This document shows, piece after piece, positions 62,938 through 64,000 of a DNA stretch of 64,000 nucleotides. Each line of letters starts with the position of its first letter. Within the stretch, counting starts at the first letter, position 1. The notes beneath the pieces are model-generated. The model was given only the letters and a program-made list of their open reading frames with translations. It did not search any database and was not told where the DNA came from. The stretch comes from a virus. The DNA lies in IMG/VR virus record IMGVR_UViG_3300032018_000001, positions 1-64,000 of that record; one strand, given 5' to 3'. Made by a program: the position numbers and the translations under genes.

Positions 62938-64000
62938 TGCTTTAGTAGCATCCGGGCGCTGCACGGCAGATGAGCTGGGGCAGTTTTCTGCAAAAGAGCA
63001 GGAGCTTTTAGCCAAGGCTACCCTGGAATACCTGGACAAGGGTGAATCTCTCACCATAAAAACCATAGAGTCAAGCGACTACCTTTTTGAAGTCCCTAAC
63101 ATTATTAAGTTTGTAGATGACCCCTACTACTTAGGCACGGAACTTGGCTTTGTCCGCGATGAGCATGGCCGCATAGCATCCAAGAACAGACAGATTTACG
63201 ATTACTGGCTGACACAGCTTAACGATATTTACAACAGCGCTGAGATTTACAATGAGGTACTGATTACTGGTGCTATCGGTATCGGCAAGACAACCTTCAT
63301 GAATATCATTCAGCTCTATGACCTGCTACACCTCATGGCACTTAAGAATCCTCAGCAGCATTATGGACTCATGCCAAGCACGGTTATTATTCAGGCCTTC
63401 TTTAACATCCTTATGGATTTGGCCGCGGACGTAGGCTATACTCAGTTCCAGCACATGATGGATTCTTCCGAATTTTTTCGTAAAATAATGCTCTACAACA
63501 CGAAGCTGAGAGAGGGCCTGCGATACACGCCGCCACCTAAAAAGAAAATCGCATTCCAGATAGGTTCCCGAATAGCGCACACTCTGGGCCGCGCCGTGTT
63601 CTCCGCTCAGATGGATGAGGCAAACTTTGGTATGGATACCCAGGATGACCGGCGAGCGGATGAGAAGAAGTCCCAGGTCTACGAAAACTATGTCAGCTTG
63701 CTGCGTAGAAGAGAAAGCCGCTTCCCTACAGCGCCCGGCCATTTCTGCATAGGCTCCTCCAAAAAATCCACAGCGGACTTCCTTGAAAAGCACATCGAAG
63801 ATTCAAAGGGTAAAAAGGGAGTCAAGGTTATTGATGCTGCTCAGTACATTGTGAAGGCAAACTGCTTAGACCCTATTTCAGGAAAGCCTCTCTACTCTGG
63901 AAAATTCTTTAGGGTGCTACTGGGAGACCTAACCCGCGAGCCTAAGGTGCTGGATGAGCAGGAGAAAGTAGCAGATGACCTGAAGGATAAAATCATCAAG
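62888..64000 (+). CDS. Terminase large subunit (5' part; runs off the window)
   Basis: Frame open from ATG 62888 to the window end; F.DDPYYLG, Walker A TGAIGIGKTT, NPQ..YGL, Walker B SAQMDEANF. Confidence 0.85.
   Translation, partial: MSKTSSPLQKDLQETLDALVASGRCTADELGQFSAKEQELLAKATLEYLDKGESLTIKTIESSDYLFEVPNIIKFVDDPYYLGTELGFVRDEHGRIASKNRQIYDYWLTQLNDIYNSAEIYNEVLITGAIGIGKTTFMNIIQLYDLLHLMALKNPQQHYGLMPSTVIIQAFFNILMDLAADVGYTQFQHMMDSSEFFRKIMLYNTKLREGLRYTPPPKKKIAFQIGSRIAHTLGRAVFSAQMDEANFGMDTQDDRRADEKKSQVYENYVSLLRRRESRFPTAPGHFCIGSSKKSTADFLEKHIEDSKGKKGVKVIDAAQYIVKANCLDPISGKPLYSGKFFRVLLGDLTREPKVLDEQEKVADDLKDKIIK

Overview
This window is a 64-kb segment of a large lytic tailed dsDNA phage genome, with essentially all genes on the + strand and the standard genetic code. 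Replication, recombination and repair genes: DnaC-like loader, DnaB-like helicase, primase, UvsW-like SF2 helicase, 5'-3' exonuclease, Dam-like methylase, family A DNA polymerase with two inteins, UvsY-like protein, gp32-like SSB, RecA/UvsX with an intein, an Mre11-Rad50 fusion, DEDDh exonuclease, Holliday junction resolvase and NAD-dependent ligase. Other content: about eight free-standing HNH/NUMOD endonuclease genes or remnants, two glycosyltransferase/methyltransferase clusters, a collagen-like fibre gene, an early region with repeated sigma70-type promoters, ten intergenic copies of a (C/T)GTATTAAT promoter motif, and the 5' part of the large terminase. Most striking observations: (1) a Vsr/DUF559-like endonuclease gene is fully overprinted in the +1 frame inside a contiguous, stop-free DNA polymerase intein; (2) an integron-type attC gene cassette is inserted into a small phage gene; (3) a compact 168-nt structured RNA follows the primase gene; (4) a tRNA-like RNA has its anticodon/variable region rebuilt; (5) a GT-B glycosyltransferase appears split between two multidomain proteins. 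All product calls come from motif recognition by eye; no database searches were run.
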